This document shows positions 10,723-19,389 of a stretch of 64,000 bases of DNA, one piece after another; within the stretch, counting starts at the first letter, position 1; each line of letters starts with the position of its first letter. A program made the position numbers and the translations under genes. Source of the DNA: a virus; the IMG/VR virus record IMGVR_UViG_3300035034_001213, positions 9,034-73,033 of that record, one strand, 5' to 3'. The notes beneath the pieces were generated by a model. The model was not told the origin of the DNA and made no database searches. It was given only the letters and a program-made list of their open reading frames with translations.

Positions 10723-11358
10723 ATGGGTATCGGAGCGATTTTAGGAAAACTCAATCCTGTCAAAACCAAAAGTAAACTGATGGTTGCAGCGGGGATCGTG
10801 GTTCTTGTTTTCACCGTCTGGGCATGGACGAAATGGGATGCCTGGAAGATTCTCAACCTGGAAAAAGAAAACCAGGCACTTGAGATTGAAAATCAGTCTT
10901 CCAAAAAAGCGGCTGACGACGCAGAGTCTGTTCGAGCCATTGATGAAACCGCCGTTGTTGGAACTCTTAAACGTCGAGAAGACGCGGAAGATAACAGCAA
11001 CGAGATTCAAGAGCAGGTGAGAAATGATGTACGCCAATTACAACAAGAGTTGGAGAAAGGTCGTCAAGCTCTCGATAAGACTCGCGACGAACTGGCTTCT
11101 TTGGAAAAGCAACGGGATGAGTACAAGCGATCAAAACCAGACGTGGCGAAAGAAACGCCCATCGAAAGGTCTGAGTCACAAACTCCCCGGGTGGTGGTCA
11201 AGACGGTCGAAAGGTCTGTCCCGGCTGTTGACTCTCGGATTGCTCAGCGGATTGTTGACGGCATGTGGGACAACTACTGTGGTCAAGTATCGAACGATCG
11301 CGGTTGTCCCTCCCCTGCCGTTACTGAGGGAGGTGACTCCAGCACCGCCGCCCCCTAA
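10723..11358 (+). CDS. Inner-membrane spanin (Rz-like, i-spanin)
   Basis: N-terminal transmembrane helix (LMVAAGIVVLVFTVWAW), long coiled coil and C-terminal Cys pair; overlaps a lipoprotein gene in another frame. Confidence 0.75.
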   Translation: MGIGAILGKLNPVKTKSKLMVAAGIVVLVFTVWAWTKWDAWKILNLEKENQALEIENQSSKKAADDAESVRAIDETAVVGTLKRREDAEDNSNEIQEQVRNDVRQLQQELEKGRQALDKTRDELASLEKQRDEYKRSKPDVAKETPIERSESQTPRVVVKTVERSVPAVDSRIAQRIVDGMWDNYCGQVSNDRGCPSPAVTEGGDSSTAAP

Positions 11359-11557
11359 GGACGCGTTCGTTTCAGCCAGTGACACAGACCGCTTGTTGAT
11401 GCTGTCAGAGGCGTGGAATAAGCAGACAGATAAGGTGTTGGTTGGTAATGAAGGGATTCGTGGGTTGGTAAGGTGGCGAGAGGCCATCCTTGAATATTAC
11501 GAGGACGACCCCGACGTGGAAGTCGTAGAGAGGAAGAACTTTCGACAAGGACGCTAA
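11117..11557 (+). CDS. Outer-membrane spanin lipoprotein (Rz1-like, o-spanin)
   Basis: Hydrophobic signal with lipobox LLTA-C (Cys codon 11264), then a Pro-rich segment; overlaps the 3' end of the i-spanin. Start codon uncertain. Confidence 0.75.
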   Translation: MSTSDQNQTWRKKRPSKGLSHKLPGWWSRRSKGLSRLLTLGLLSGLLTACGTTTVVKYRTIAVVPPLPLLREVTPAPPPPKDAFVSASDTDRLLMLSEAWNKQTDKVLVGNEGIRGLVRWREAILEYYEDDPDVEVVERKNFRQGR

Positions 11558-11585
11558 GGGTAGGCTTCGGCCTACCTTTATGCTG
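11556..11585 (+). terminator. Hairpin terminator
   Basis: GGTAGGC-TTCG-GCCTACC followed by TTTATGC. Confidence 0.75.
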
Positions 11586-11699
11586 TTTGATGGAGAAGAT
11601 TTGAAGAATATATCATGAAGGTGAATGGATTGGTCTTATAATCTATAACGGCGTCTATGAATGCTATGAGCGAGCCACTGCGTCTTTAAGGAGAATACG

Positions 11700-12050
11700 G
11701 TGAAGGTAGATAGAATAATTAAGAAGCTTCGTAAAGCTGCCGACAAAATTCCAGACATGCACCGGTGCTTAGTTCGAATGAACACGTACAGCGCCGAGTG
11801 GACTGTGTCTGCAAAGAACAAAGTTGCGTTTCGTTTCATTCGGGATCAATTGGAATGTCAGGCGGCAAAAGACGTCAACCATTGTTATGGTATTGGTGGT
11901 AGTATGTCGATTCTCCAAACAGACACGCAACTCATCTTTGTGTTGAGAAATGAAAACCGGAAAGAGTATCGGCGGGTAGTGTTGACCTGCGATCAAAAAT
12001 CTGAAGAAGAAGTACTTGACGACTCTACCAACAACCTCGCCCCGTCTTAA
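11700..12050 (+). CDS. Hypothetical protein
   Basis: AAGGAG RBS before a GTG start. Confidence 0.7.
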   Translation: MKVDRIIKKLRKAADKIPDMHRCLVRMNTYSAEWTVSAKNKVAFRFIRDQLECQAAKDVNHCYGIGGSMSILQTDTQLIFVLRNENRKEYRRVVLTCDQKSEEEVLDDSTNNLAPS

Positions 12051-12100
12051 CGTGACAGGGTTGTTTTATCTTTTACTCACGGAACCGGAGACCGTAGTAC

Positions 12101-12802
12101 ATGTGCCCTCCCTATCACGAAGAATTTACATTGGCCCCAACCCAAAAACCTGAGGTTCGTTCGAAACACTACCTCAACCGCATTGTCGATGGAGAACCCC
12201 TTCCTGTTAGTCGTGCTCTGTTCTTACCGTCTATGATGGAGATGGTCCGAAACTTATGTCACGATGGATTGCAGCGAGATCATCTCGTCCGCGATCTGAA
12301 GCTTCTGACCAATGCGGATCAGAAAGAACTCGATGCCTCAGTAGACTTTCTTTGCAAGCTTTATCGTCGAATGCCGTTCTCGATGCTTGAGCAGATCAGC
12401 GAAGGCGAGTTCTTGCGGATCTTAACAGAGATGAACTCCGGATTCTCTCCTGAAGAAGCCGCCGTGGGACTTTGGGGGATCGAAATACATCTCACAGATC
12501 TGGAGACGCCTTACGAACAACTGGCTTGGGGGTTGGAGTGGCTTCAGAAGAGCGACTACCTACCAGACGTTCCTAAGGACACTGTTCTCACGACCGATCT
12601 AGGAGGTGACTGTCTACTCATTCGCGAAATCGAGAAGTTAGCTGACCGATTCTTAATCACGAGTTCTGGAGGGCATCATACTGGGTTAATTGCCTGGTTA
12701 GCTGATCACCCAGGCGTCGACCACGTCGTTCTTGAGTCCGACAGCTTTGGTCCACTGCGGTGCGGACTGAAGACATCCAAAGGTACCCTGCGTTATGGGT
12801 AA
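12101..12802 (+). CDS. Hypothetical protein
   Basis: 233 aa ORF coupled to the next gene. Confidence 0.7.
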   Translation: MCPPYHEEFTLAPTQKPEVRSKHYLNRIVDGEPLPVSRALFLPSMMEMVRNLCHDGLQRDHLVRDLKLLTNADQKELDASVDFLCKLYRRMPFSMLEQISEGEFLRILTEMNSGFSPEEAAVGLWGIEIHLTDLETPYEQLAWGLEWLQKSDYLPDVPKDTVLTTDLGGDCLLIREIEKLADRFLITSSGGHHTGLIAWLADHPGVDHVVLESDSFGPLRCGLKTSKGTLRYG

Positions 12803-13166
12803 GGTAGGTTCAGACCGTAATCGGGTGAATATAAAAGGCGATGGCCTCGTACACGTTATAAGTCTTCCACAAGGCAATGAGGACGTCATGAACTGGGTTA
12901 AAGACATAGACCCTACCAATGCCAGGGTTTACAAAGTAGACGCTACAATCGACGGTGAGACGTTCTCAGACGCCTTTGCCGTTGGCAACATGATTGTACC
13001 GAAGTTCCCACCGTGGGACAGTCACGGTTCGTTTCATCCAGTCCTTCGATTGACGCTCAGTGCATTTTACCCCAAATTCATTGCTTACGTAATTGATTAC
13101 TACGTTCAAACTAAGAAAGTCAAAGAATACCAAGTCGACCTACACGATCTAACGGTACTGAATTAA
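12795..13166 (+). CDS. Hypothetical protein
   Basis: 123 aa ORF followed by a terminator. Confidence 0.7.
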   Translation: MGKVGSDRNRVNIKGDGLVHVISLPQGNEDVMNWVKDIDPTNARVYKVDATIDGETFSDAFAVGNMIVPKFPPWDSHGSFHPVLRLTLSAFYPKFIAYVIDYYVQTKKVKEYQVDLHDLTVLN

Positions 13167-13168
13167 CC

Positions 13169-13199
13169 AGGGCGACCTTCGGGTCGCCTTTTATGCCGT
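13169..13199 (+). terminator. Hairpin terminator
   Basis: AGGGCGACC-TTCG-GGTCGCCTT followed by TTATGCCG. Confidence 0.8.
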
Positions 13200-13297
13200 C
13201 TGTAATATGTTATTTTTGATCCACTGGACTGATTTAATGGTAGACACCACGTCCAGTTACACTCGTGTTTTACCCGAATTATAACAGGAGCTCAACG

Positions 13298-13594
13298 ATG
13301 TCTAGGTTCAACTTCACGCAGTTTGGCACAGAATCTGAAATCGATGCCAAAGACGTTGGTCAACCTAAGTTTCGAGTCAACAAACCCGGTGATGACTCAG
13401 AGCAGATTTACGTGCTGTTAGGTTCCTTGCATATGCCGCTTGAAGACGAAAATGCAATTAAGGCGGTAGAATCGTACGTAAACTCAGGCTTCACTCGTGA
13501 CCTGTTGAATAAAGCGCTAGGCATTTACTGCAGGCGCACCATTGACAACGACGTTACTTTCGAGTATGTCCCACGACTCAGTGTGGCGTGCTAA
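13298..13594 (+). CDS. Hypothetical protein
   Basis: AGGAG RBS before ATG 13298. Confidence 0.65.
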   Translation: MSRFNFTQFGTESEIDAKDVGQPKFRVNKPGDDSEQIYVLLGSLHMPLEDENAIKAVESYVNSGFTRDLLNKALGIYCRRTIDNDVTFEYVPRLSVAC

Positions 13595-14015
13595 CCCTTC
13601 ACCGGCTTTAAAGGACAACGAGCTGATGATTCATGAAACTTTGATACACCAACTCAGTGTAAAAGCTTTATGTAAAAAACTTGAGTTAAGTCCAAGGGAT
13701 CTCGACGTTTTACTTTTGTTGCAAACCAGCCGCAGTTTGAGTACTCCGAGTATTCATCAATTGCTGAGTATCCGTAAAAGTGAAATGAACCGACGCCTCG
13801 GTCCGAAGTTGATTGAACTTGGGTGGTTGAAATCAGAGCAGGTCAATCATTCTCGAAAATCAGGCTTACCAACGAATCGCTGGTGGGTACCCGAGGACAA
13901 ACAAATGCTTATTAGCAATGCGTTGAATGAGATTCGACGAGACGTCCTTACTGAACTAGGGGCAGTCTACAACGAAGATTTATATTGGTTACCTCATTCC
14001 GAAGAAACCGTTTAA
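13542..14015 (+). CDS. Winged-helix (MarR-like) DNA-binding protein
   Basis: LSPRDLDVLLLL..LSTPSIHQLL..KSEMNRRLGPKLIELGWL is a wHTH pattern. True start may be near 13626. Confidence 0.55.
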   Translation: MTTTLLSSMSHDSVWRANPSPALKDNELMIHETLIHQLSVKALCKKLELSPRDLDVLLLLQTSRSLSTPSIHQLLSIRKSEMNRRLGPKLIELGWLKSEQVNHSRKSGLPTNRWWVPEDKQMLISNALNEIRRDVLTELGAVYNEDLYWLPHSEETV

Positions 14016-14028
14016 CGAAGGATACACA

Positions 14029-14388
14029 ATGGCTACTCCAATAACCAAAGTTGCCCGTCTGATCGAGCAACTGAGTAAAGGGTTGCGAATAACACCACGT
14101 CAAACTGAAATGTTGCTGACGATATACGAGATGAAGTCCATCACGCTAGACGATTTGGCTGCCTTATACAACCTTAAGTCCTCGACCACGTCGACCCATG
14201 TCTTAAAGTTGATTCAGAAAGGATACGTCGAACAAGACGACCACTCTGGCTTTGACGTGTTTGTCGTTGAGAAGAATCATCGACACGAGTTGAACCGCTT
14301 AATCAACTTGTACATGAGGCGTTTGAAGTTCACAACCATGCGACTGATGCAGGAACACACTCACCGAACAGGACGACCGGATGCTTAA
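14029..14388 (+). CDS. Winged-helix (MarR-like) DNA-binding protein
   Basis: ITPRQTEMLLTI..ITLDDLAALYNLKSSTTSTHVLKLIQKGYV is a typical wHTH pattern. Confidence 0.65.
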   Translation: MATPITKVARLIEQLSKGLRITPRQTEMLLTIYEMKSITLDDLAALYNLKSSTTSTHVLKLIQKGYVEQDDHSGFDVFVVEKNHRHELNRLINLYMRRLKFTTMRLMQEHTHRTGRPDA

Positions 14389-14755
14389 GAGTCGGAGCAG
14401 TCTTCCACAGCGCAAGTTCGATCTGATGTGGAATTTCCAAAGAAAGAATCGACGTCACGTTTACTTGATAGCGGGCGACATGTCGCCATCTCAGGTGCTG
14501 ATGTATTTTAAGAACACGTTTGGTCTAGCGGCCGTGGTGGTTCACGTAACCCAGGAAACCACCACCCGGCGAATTGAAGAGGTCATCGATACCTACAGAT
14601 GTTGCGTCTTCTACATAAGTGAGTTTCTTCCTGTGAGTATGCGAGAACTTAGACATCACCTTACCTCTGAGTCGTATTCTCCATCGCTTCTGAACGTGAT
14701 AAATAAAGTGTATAGAGGGAACGATCCCAATCGTCAATGTTGGTTAGCGACATAG
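14381..14755 (+). CDS. Hypothetical protein
   Basis: Coupled ORF, 124 aa. Confidence 0.6.
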   Translation: MLKSRSSLPQRKFDLMWNFQRKNRRHVYLIAGDMSPSQVLMYFKNTFGLAAVVVHVTQETTTRRIEEVIDTYRCCVFYISEFLPVSMRELRHHLTSESYSPSLLNVINKVYRGNDPNRQCWLAT

Positions 14756-14774
14756 GGGACATTTAAACGGGACA

Positions 14775-15167
14775 TTGAACGAAGGCGATGCGTTCAATGT
14801 AGTAAGGATTCTTACAGACATGACTAACTGTGGTATTATAAAAATACACGACGGCACCGCCGGACTTCCATTATTTGTAGTCACCGTCGAGGTCTCTTGT
14901 GGCACTGCTTATTCGTCAATATCGGATATGTTCAGAGACCCCCCGACCTTAGTCGACCTCACTCATTTACCAAACCCACTAGAGATCGTCGAGTCCGAAT
15001 CAAATTCGCAGGACATAGTCTTATGTCTTTTAGCGGTTGATGTATACCTAAGCGATCGAGAAGACTTTAGTAATTGGACGATAAAACATAACTACCCCCC
15101 CAAGCTTCTAAGCCACATAGGCGACATCTACGTCGTCGTGGATATGAAACGGTGGGCTCAAAATTAA
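14775..15167 (+). CDS. Hypothetical protein
   Basis: 130 aa ORF in the plus-strand run. Confidence 0.55.
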   Translation: MNEGDAFNVVRILTDMTNCGIIKIHDGTAGLPLFVVTVEVSCGTAYSSISDMFRDPPTLVDLTHLPNPLEIVESESNSQDIVLCLLAVDVYLSDREDFSNWTIKHNYPPKLLSHIGDIYVVVDMKRWAQN

Positions 15168-15183
15168 TTAATGAGGAATAACC

Positions 15184-15477
15184 ATGGAAGACGAAAACGT
15201 AGTAAAAGCAGTTCCAGTCAGCGACCGTCCTCGCATCAAAGTTGAGATCACTGGAGATCAGAGTAAGATCGGTAAGACTTGCGTGGGTGCGTTGATTGTT
15301 CAAGCGCTGCGGAACGCAGGTTTCGACGACATACGCGTTGACTGTGAAGACGGGGACCTTAAGACTCGGTTCTTGGAAGGAGTTGACATCACCCGGCTCG
15401 TTCCTATGCCTGGAATCGACGTCGTTGATCGAAACGGCTCGCCCACATCGGAAGACGCTGCCATATGGCGCGCGTGA
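15184..15477 (+). CDS. Hypothetical protein with a P-loop-like motif
   Basis: GAGGA RBS; contains ITGDQSKIGKT; only 97 aa. Confidence 0.6.
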   Translation: MEDENVVKAVPVSDRPRIKVEITGDQSKIGKTCVGALIVQALRNAGFDDIRVDCEDGDLKTRFLEGVDITRLVPMPGIDVVDRNGSPTSEDAAIWRA

Positions 15478-15653
15478 TCCAAAATCTGTGTCCTTACTGC
15501 CAACACGAACTTCCCAAGCCTCATCGCATGTACGGTCAGATTTCGTTCAGTTGCAGTAACTGTCGTCGGTGGGGTCCTTGGAAATCAAGACTCCGACGCC
15601 GAGTCACCTCAAACCTACATCCGGTAACACACACAGACGTGAGTGTTCGTTGA
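15465..15653 (+). CDS. Small zinc-ribbon protein
   Basis: CPYC ... CSNC Cys pairs in 62 aa. Confidence 0.5.
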   Translation: MARVIQNLCPYCQHELPKPHRMYGQISFSCSNCRRWGPWKSRLRRRVTSNLHPVTHTDVSVR

Positions 15654-15659
15654 AGAGAA

Positions 15660-16058
15660 TTGTGTATGTCCAACATCAAGCTTCGACCTATGTTTACCGA
15701 CACGTCCCCCAGCGTCGGTAAGTCCTTTCAGGTTCTTGTGGGAGTAGTTCCTTTCTTGCCCTTAGTGCGTTTGTACAACGAGCAAACCGGAAACATCACC
15801 TCGTTCGTTGGTATTGATCCTGAGGACAAATACGATCGCAATGCAATGGACTGGTACCGAACGTTGCCAGACAATGCTGTGTTGTATATCGAAGATAAGA
15901 TCGAGAGCTACCCGGCGTTGGTTGATTATCTATCAAAGTTTCCTTATGGTCCTGAATTGATTCGATCGATTCGGCAGGTACATTACGCTTACATACCACC
16001 AGTGAAACCAAAACCTATACCCATGCCGAATCAGTCAATTAATTTACTGAGGGTATAG
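15660..16058 (+). CDS. Hypothetical protein
   Basis: 132 aa ORF. Confidence 0.65.
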   Translation: MCMSNIKLRPMFTDTSPSVGKSFQVLVGVVPFLPLVRLYNEQTGNITSFVGIDPEDKYDRNAMDWYRTLPDNAVLYIEDKIESYPALVDYLSKFPYGPELIRSIRQVHYAYIPPVKPKPIPMPNQSINLLRV

Positions 16059-16092
16059 ATTATCTCATCGATTCATCCAAACGGAGGACGCT

Positions 16093-16389
16093 ATGCCGAG
16101 TACTTCACAGAAACAACACGACCTGATGGTGGCTGTCAGTAAAGATAAGGACCTGGCTGACAAACTCAAAGTCCAACAAAAGGTAGCAAAGGAGTTTGTT
16201 CAAAAAGACGAAGAGGAAGGCCTATGGCAAGAAGCCCCAGAACTTGATGTAGAAAGTCTCGAAGCAGTTTCCTTTGAAGACAAAAGCATCCTAGAGTTAA
16301 TTCCCGAAGATGCATGGAACCCCGAGGTTAGTGAACCTCCATTCCGTTTAGAAGACCGCTTCGTTAAAGCGGACAACGACCCGACATAG
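16093..16389 (+). CDS. Small acidic protein, possible internal head protein
   Basis: GGAGG RBS; N-terminal MPSTSQKQHDLM motif; SLE and SFE sites resemble phiKZ prohead-protease cleavage motifs. Confidence 0.6.
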   Translation: MPSTSQKQHDLMVAVSKDKDLADKLKVQQKVAKEFVQKDEEEGLWQEAPELDVESLEAVSFEDKSILELIPEDAWNPEVSEPPFRLEDRFVKADNDPT

Positions 16390-16469
16390 ACGTTCCGTTG
16401 TTGTCGTATACCCCCTGACGATACCCGATGTACGCCGACAAGAACCCTGCGTTTAGGTGATCGTTACGA

Positions 16470-16958
16470 TTGAGGAGACATGGGAGTATGGACAAAACCG
16501 TACACACCGTGTTCGATTTTCGAACAGAACTCATGCGCGCCCCAGGCAGCTGTCAAATTCTAATGCGTACGACCGATAAGGGATTGCAAGTCATGCATAT
16601 GAAAGAAGTTAACCGCGGCGGGCGACAGTTCATAATTCTTGAACCAATCGGGGTACCGGATGACTTAGTGTCATTGGCAACCCTAGCTACAGGGAATCGA
16701 TTCCGCTTTCAAGAAATGCTCGACGAGGATTTCGAAGTTGTGAAAGTGGACGTAGAACCAGACCACGAGCTCATTATGGAAATTAGAAGCGTTAAGGACG
16801 GATGGCATGGGCGAGTTGGTCTAATGACTGGTGGCGTCGATTGGGATGTGGGTAAGTACTACGACACTCGGGTATTACCGATGCGTCGAGGGGAAGATCG
16901 AGGTGAGAAGTTTTTCCTCGTCAACGGTCCCATTCCTGAAAGACGTGCAGGGCGATAA
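16470..16958 (+). CDS. Hypothetical protein
   Basis: 162 aa ORF; true start probably ATG 16488. Confidence 0.65.
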   Translation: MRRHGSMDKTVHTVFDFRTELMRAPGSCQILMRTTDKGLQVMHMKEVNRGGRQFIILEPIGVPDDLVSLATLATGNRFRFQEMLDEDFEVVKVDVEPDHELIMEIRSVKDGWHGRVGLMTGGVDWDVGKYYDTRVLPMRRGEDRGEKFFLVNGPIPERRAGR

Positions 16959-17026
16959 TACCATTGAGCAAGTGGGGAGGGTATAGTTCACCTCCCCTAA
17001 TTTTTTACAATAAAACAACCTCTAAC

Positions 17027-17497
17027 ATGGAAGATAAACGTATGTCTGAGAACCGCACCAACTTGACGTCAAACACCTCCTACTCAACGGCGCCCCCTCG
17101 TTCTTCCGTCAGTCGACCGATCTTGTCGTGTGATTTTGACGGGGTACTGCACAGCTACGTCAGTGGATGGCAGGGTGCTGACGTTGTCGGTGACCCGCCC
17201 GTTGATGGTGCTATGCGCTTCTTGACCGACGCTACTGAGAAGTTTGAGGTTCACATCTTCTCGTCGCGTTCAGGAAAACCCGGTGGGATCTCAGCGATGT
17301 ATGGGTTTCTGGCGAAAGGACTTAGACGCTACTGGGCCGACATGCCAGAGGTGGGGGAAAAGGTTCTATCTCGGTTGAAGTTCCCTATGGAAAAACCACA
17401 CGCCGCCGTGAGCATTGACGATCGAGCGGTGACCTTCACAGGAATATTTCCAGACGTGGACGAGTTGTTAAGTTTCCAGCCCTGGAACAAAAAATAG
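17027..17497 (+). CDS. HAD-superfamily hydrolase (phosphatase/nucleotidase-like)
   Basis: Motif I DFDGVL, motif II FSSR, conserved Lys (EKP) and motif IV IDDRA. Start uncertain. Confidence 0.8.
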   Translation: MEDKRMSENRTNLTSNTSYSTAPPRSSVSRPILSCDFDGVLHSYVSGWQGADVVGDPPVDGAMRFLTDATEKFEVHIFSSRSGKPGGISAMYGFLAKGLRRYWADMPEVGEKVLSRLKFPMEKPHAAVSIDDRAVTFTGIFPDVDELLSFQPWNKK

Positions 17498-17509
17498 CGA
17501 TGCGTTCTT

Positions 17510-17884
17510 ATGTCCGAATTAATGATAGTTGCCGCTGTGCTGCTGGTGCTGACGTTCACGATATTGCTTCGTCAGTACGTTATTGCCCAGAAGTCGATTC
17601 AAGTCCGTCTGAGTGATCAGATAGAAGCGTACAAGAACACGTTGTCCTTAGCGTCATTGAACGAGACTCACGCTGAGCTAGAGTTTTGTCGAATCATTCT
17701 AGAAGACGCTCAGAGACGTTCCTCGCTTGAGTTGAGTGACGAAGAACACAAACAACTACTGAGATCGATTTACCTGTGTCTAAAAACAATAGAGACAGCG
17801 TGGTCCCAAGAAGGGGTTTCGTTTTCTTTACCTTACACACATCGTCCTTTGGCTACCAAGTCTCAAGCGACGTCTTCTTCTTAG
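17510..17884 (+). CDS. Membrane-anchored hypothetical protein
   Basis: N-terminal hydrophobic helix LMIVAAVLLVLTFTILL. Confidence 0.65.
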   Translation: MSELMIVAAVLLVLTFTILLRQYVIAQKSIQVRLSDQIEAYKNTLSLASLNETHAELEFCRIILEDAQRRSSLELSDEEHKQLLRSIYLCLKTIETAWSQEGVSFSLPYTHRPLATKSQATSSS

Positions 17885-17915
17885 TAACTTTATTAAAATC
17901 AATAAAGGAGTTTTC

Positions 17916-18308
17916 ATGGACTCGCCCGTCCTTATCCACGATCTCACCCTAGACGCCATGGCCAAGCGCATGGATCATAGCAGACGTACCATACAGGTAC
18001 TCATGTTGATTGCCCATTATGGTGAATTGACCACCGATCAAATCGCAGACATGCTTGACATCACAATCAAGACGCTCAGGAACAGTCACCTTCCAAGACT
18101 GCAAAAAGATCATTGGATCAAGTCTACGAAACTGCTCAACGCGCCCCTGGGCGATGAGAAGTGGAAGATGGAAGCGGTGAAACGAAAACGCGTTGGCTTC
18201 TACTACGCCAGCGCTGAGGTTCAAGTCAAGGCTCGATTGAAAAAGTTTAGACACCTACATTATCCCATTGTACCTAAAGGTCCGGTCCCTTTGGGATCTA
18301 TGGAATAG
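17916..18308 (+). CDS. Winged-helix DNA-binding protein
   Basis: GELTTDQIADMLDITIKTLRNSHLPRLQKDHWI is an HTH pattern; AAGGAG RBS. Confidence 0.65.
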   Translation: MDSPVLIHDLTLDAMAKRMDHSRRTIQVLMLIAHYGELTTDQIADMLDITIKTLRNSHLPRLQKDHWIKSTKLLNAPLGDEKWKMEAVKRKRVGFYYASAEVQVKARLKKFRHLHYPIVPKGPVPLGSME

Positions 18309-18372
18309 TTTTTGTATTTAGGTCCGCGACGATGCGGACCTTTATGCCCATTTCTTAAATAAGGAATTCAAC

Positions 18373-18792
18373 ATGACCGCCAGCAACAATCCCCATAGGA
18401 ACTTCGTGGCGATACTCGATGGTCCTCAAGGCGATCGGGAAGTTCCTCGAATGAAGATCTTGAATAGCCTCAGGGAACTCGGGTACGCCAAAGCCTTGTC
18501 TCATCACTACACCCCACGAGGCGATCTGATCGCAGGGCCAGACGACCCTAAGGAGTTGATCGATATCCATGAGAAACAATACGTCAAAGCCGCGGCGCAT
18601 AAATTAATCGATGGGTCTTGCGTGTTGTTCTTTGAGGCCGAACCCAATGCAGAAGGTCTTACTCCCGACATCGGCATGAAAGTGTGGAAGGAAGCTGACT
18701 TCGCGTACGTGCACGTAGACGGACAGTGGCACTGTCAAAAAGACGCTGAGTTGCAACCGGCAGAACAAATAAAGGAAGGCGACAATGGATAA
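18373..18792 (+). CDS. Hypothetical protein
   Basis: AAGGA RBS, 139 aa. Confidence 0.7.
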   Translation: MTASNNPHRNFVAILDGPQGDREVPRMKILNSLRELGYAKALSHHYTPRGDLIAGPDDPKELIDIHEKQYVKAAAHKLIDGSCVLFFEAEPNAEGLTPDIGMKVWKEADFAYVHVDGQWHCQKDAELQPAEQIKEGDNG

Positions 18793-19189
18793 CGTAGACG
18801 TTAAGTTGGCGATGATCGGTCTGGGTAAAACCCTACTTCGACTGAATCCGGCGACCGAACGGGCGTTGATAACCCGACTGACCTCAGCCCCCGCACATTT
18901 GGTACTTAATCAGGTAGCCAATCCAAAGGCCACTTTGATCTACAACTCGGACGAACGTGTGTGTAGGACTTACTGCTTTGAACTCACCATCGGCGGTATG
19001 ACTATCGGTCTCTCCTTGATGACCAATTACGACAACGCCAAAGACCCCACCAAACGGTTCGTTGAATTCGTGCCGGTGTACGTACTGAGAGGCACCCGAG
19101 TCGACTGGTGGGCGTTTCAAAACGACGAACTGGTCATGGGTCTTCTGATCAATCAAATCAATACCCTAACCCTAACACTTGATCAATAA
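18785..19189 (+). CDS. Hypothetical protein
   Basis: Coupled ORF, 134 aa. Confidence 0.7.
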   Translation: MDNVDVKLAMIGLGKTLLRLNPATERALITRLTSAPAHLVLNQVANPKATLIYNSDERVCRTYCFELTIGGMTIGLSLMTNYDNAKDPTKRFVEFVPVYVLRGTRVDWWAFQNDELVMGLLINQINTLTLTLDQ

Positions 19190-19199
19190 GGAAGTACGC

Positions 19200-19313
19200 A
19201 TGGCCGATCACGTACAGTGCGAAAAATGTTACGAAGTCAAAGAAGTCAAAGAAGTTAGAGACAACGGCAACGATTGTCCTGACTGTGGTGGTAAATCGTT
19301 CAGACCAACCTGA
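19200..19313 (+). CDS. 37-aa CxxC...CPxCG zinc-ribbon/rubredoxin-like mini-protein (not in the ORF track)
   Basis: Hand translation gives MADHVQCEKCYEVKEVKEVRDNGNDCPDCGGKSFRPT*; TAAGGA RBS upstream. Confidence 0.7.
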   Translation: MADHVQCEKCYEVKEVKEVRDNGNDCPDCGGKSFRPT

Positions 19314-19389
19314 GGTCTTTAATTTTGATCAACACGACGTCCTAAGTAATACGGTGACGTTTCTACAAGAAGATAGGGTGGATTGACGT

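Noticed and set aside
15184-15477. ATPase or kinase call from GDQSKIGKT
   Set aside because: The protein is only 97 aa, Walker A spacing is atypical and there is no clear remainder of the fold.
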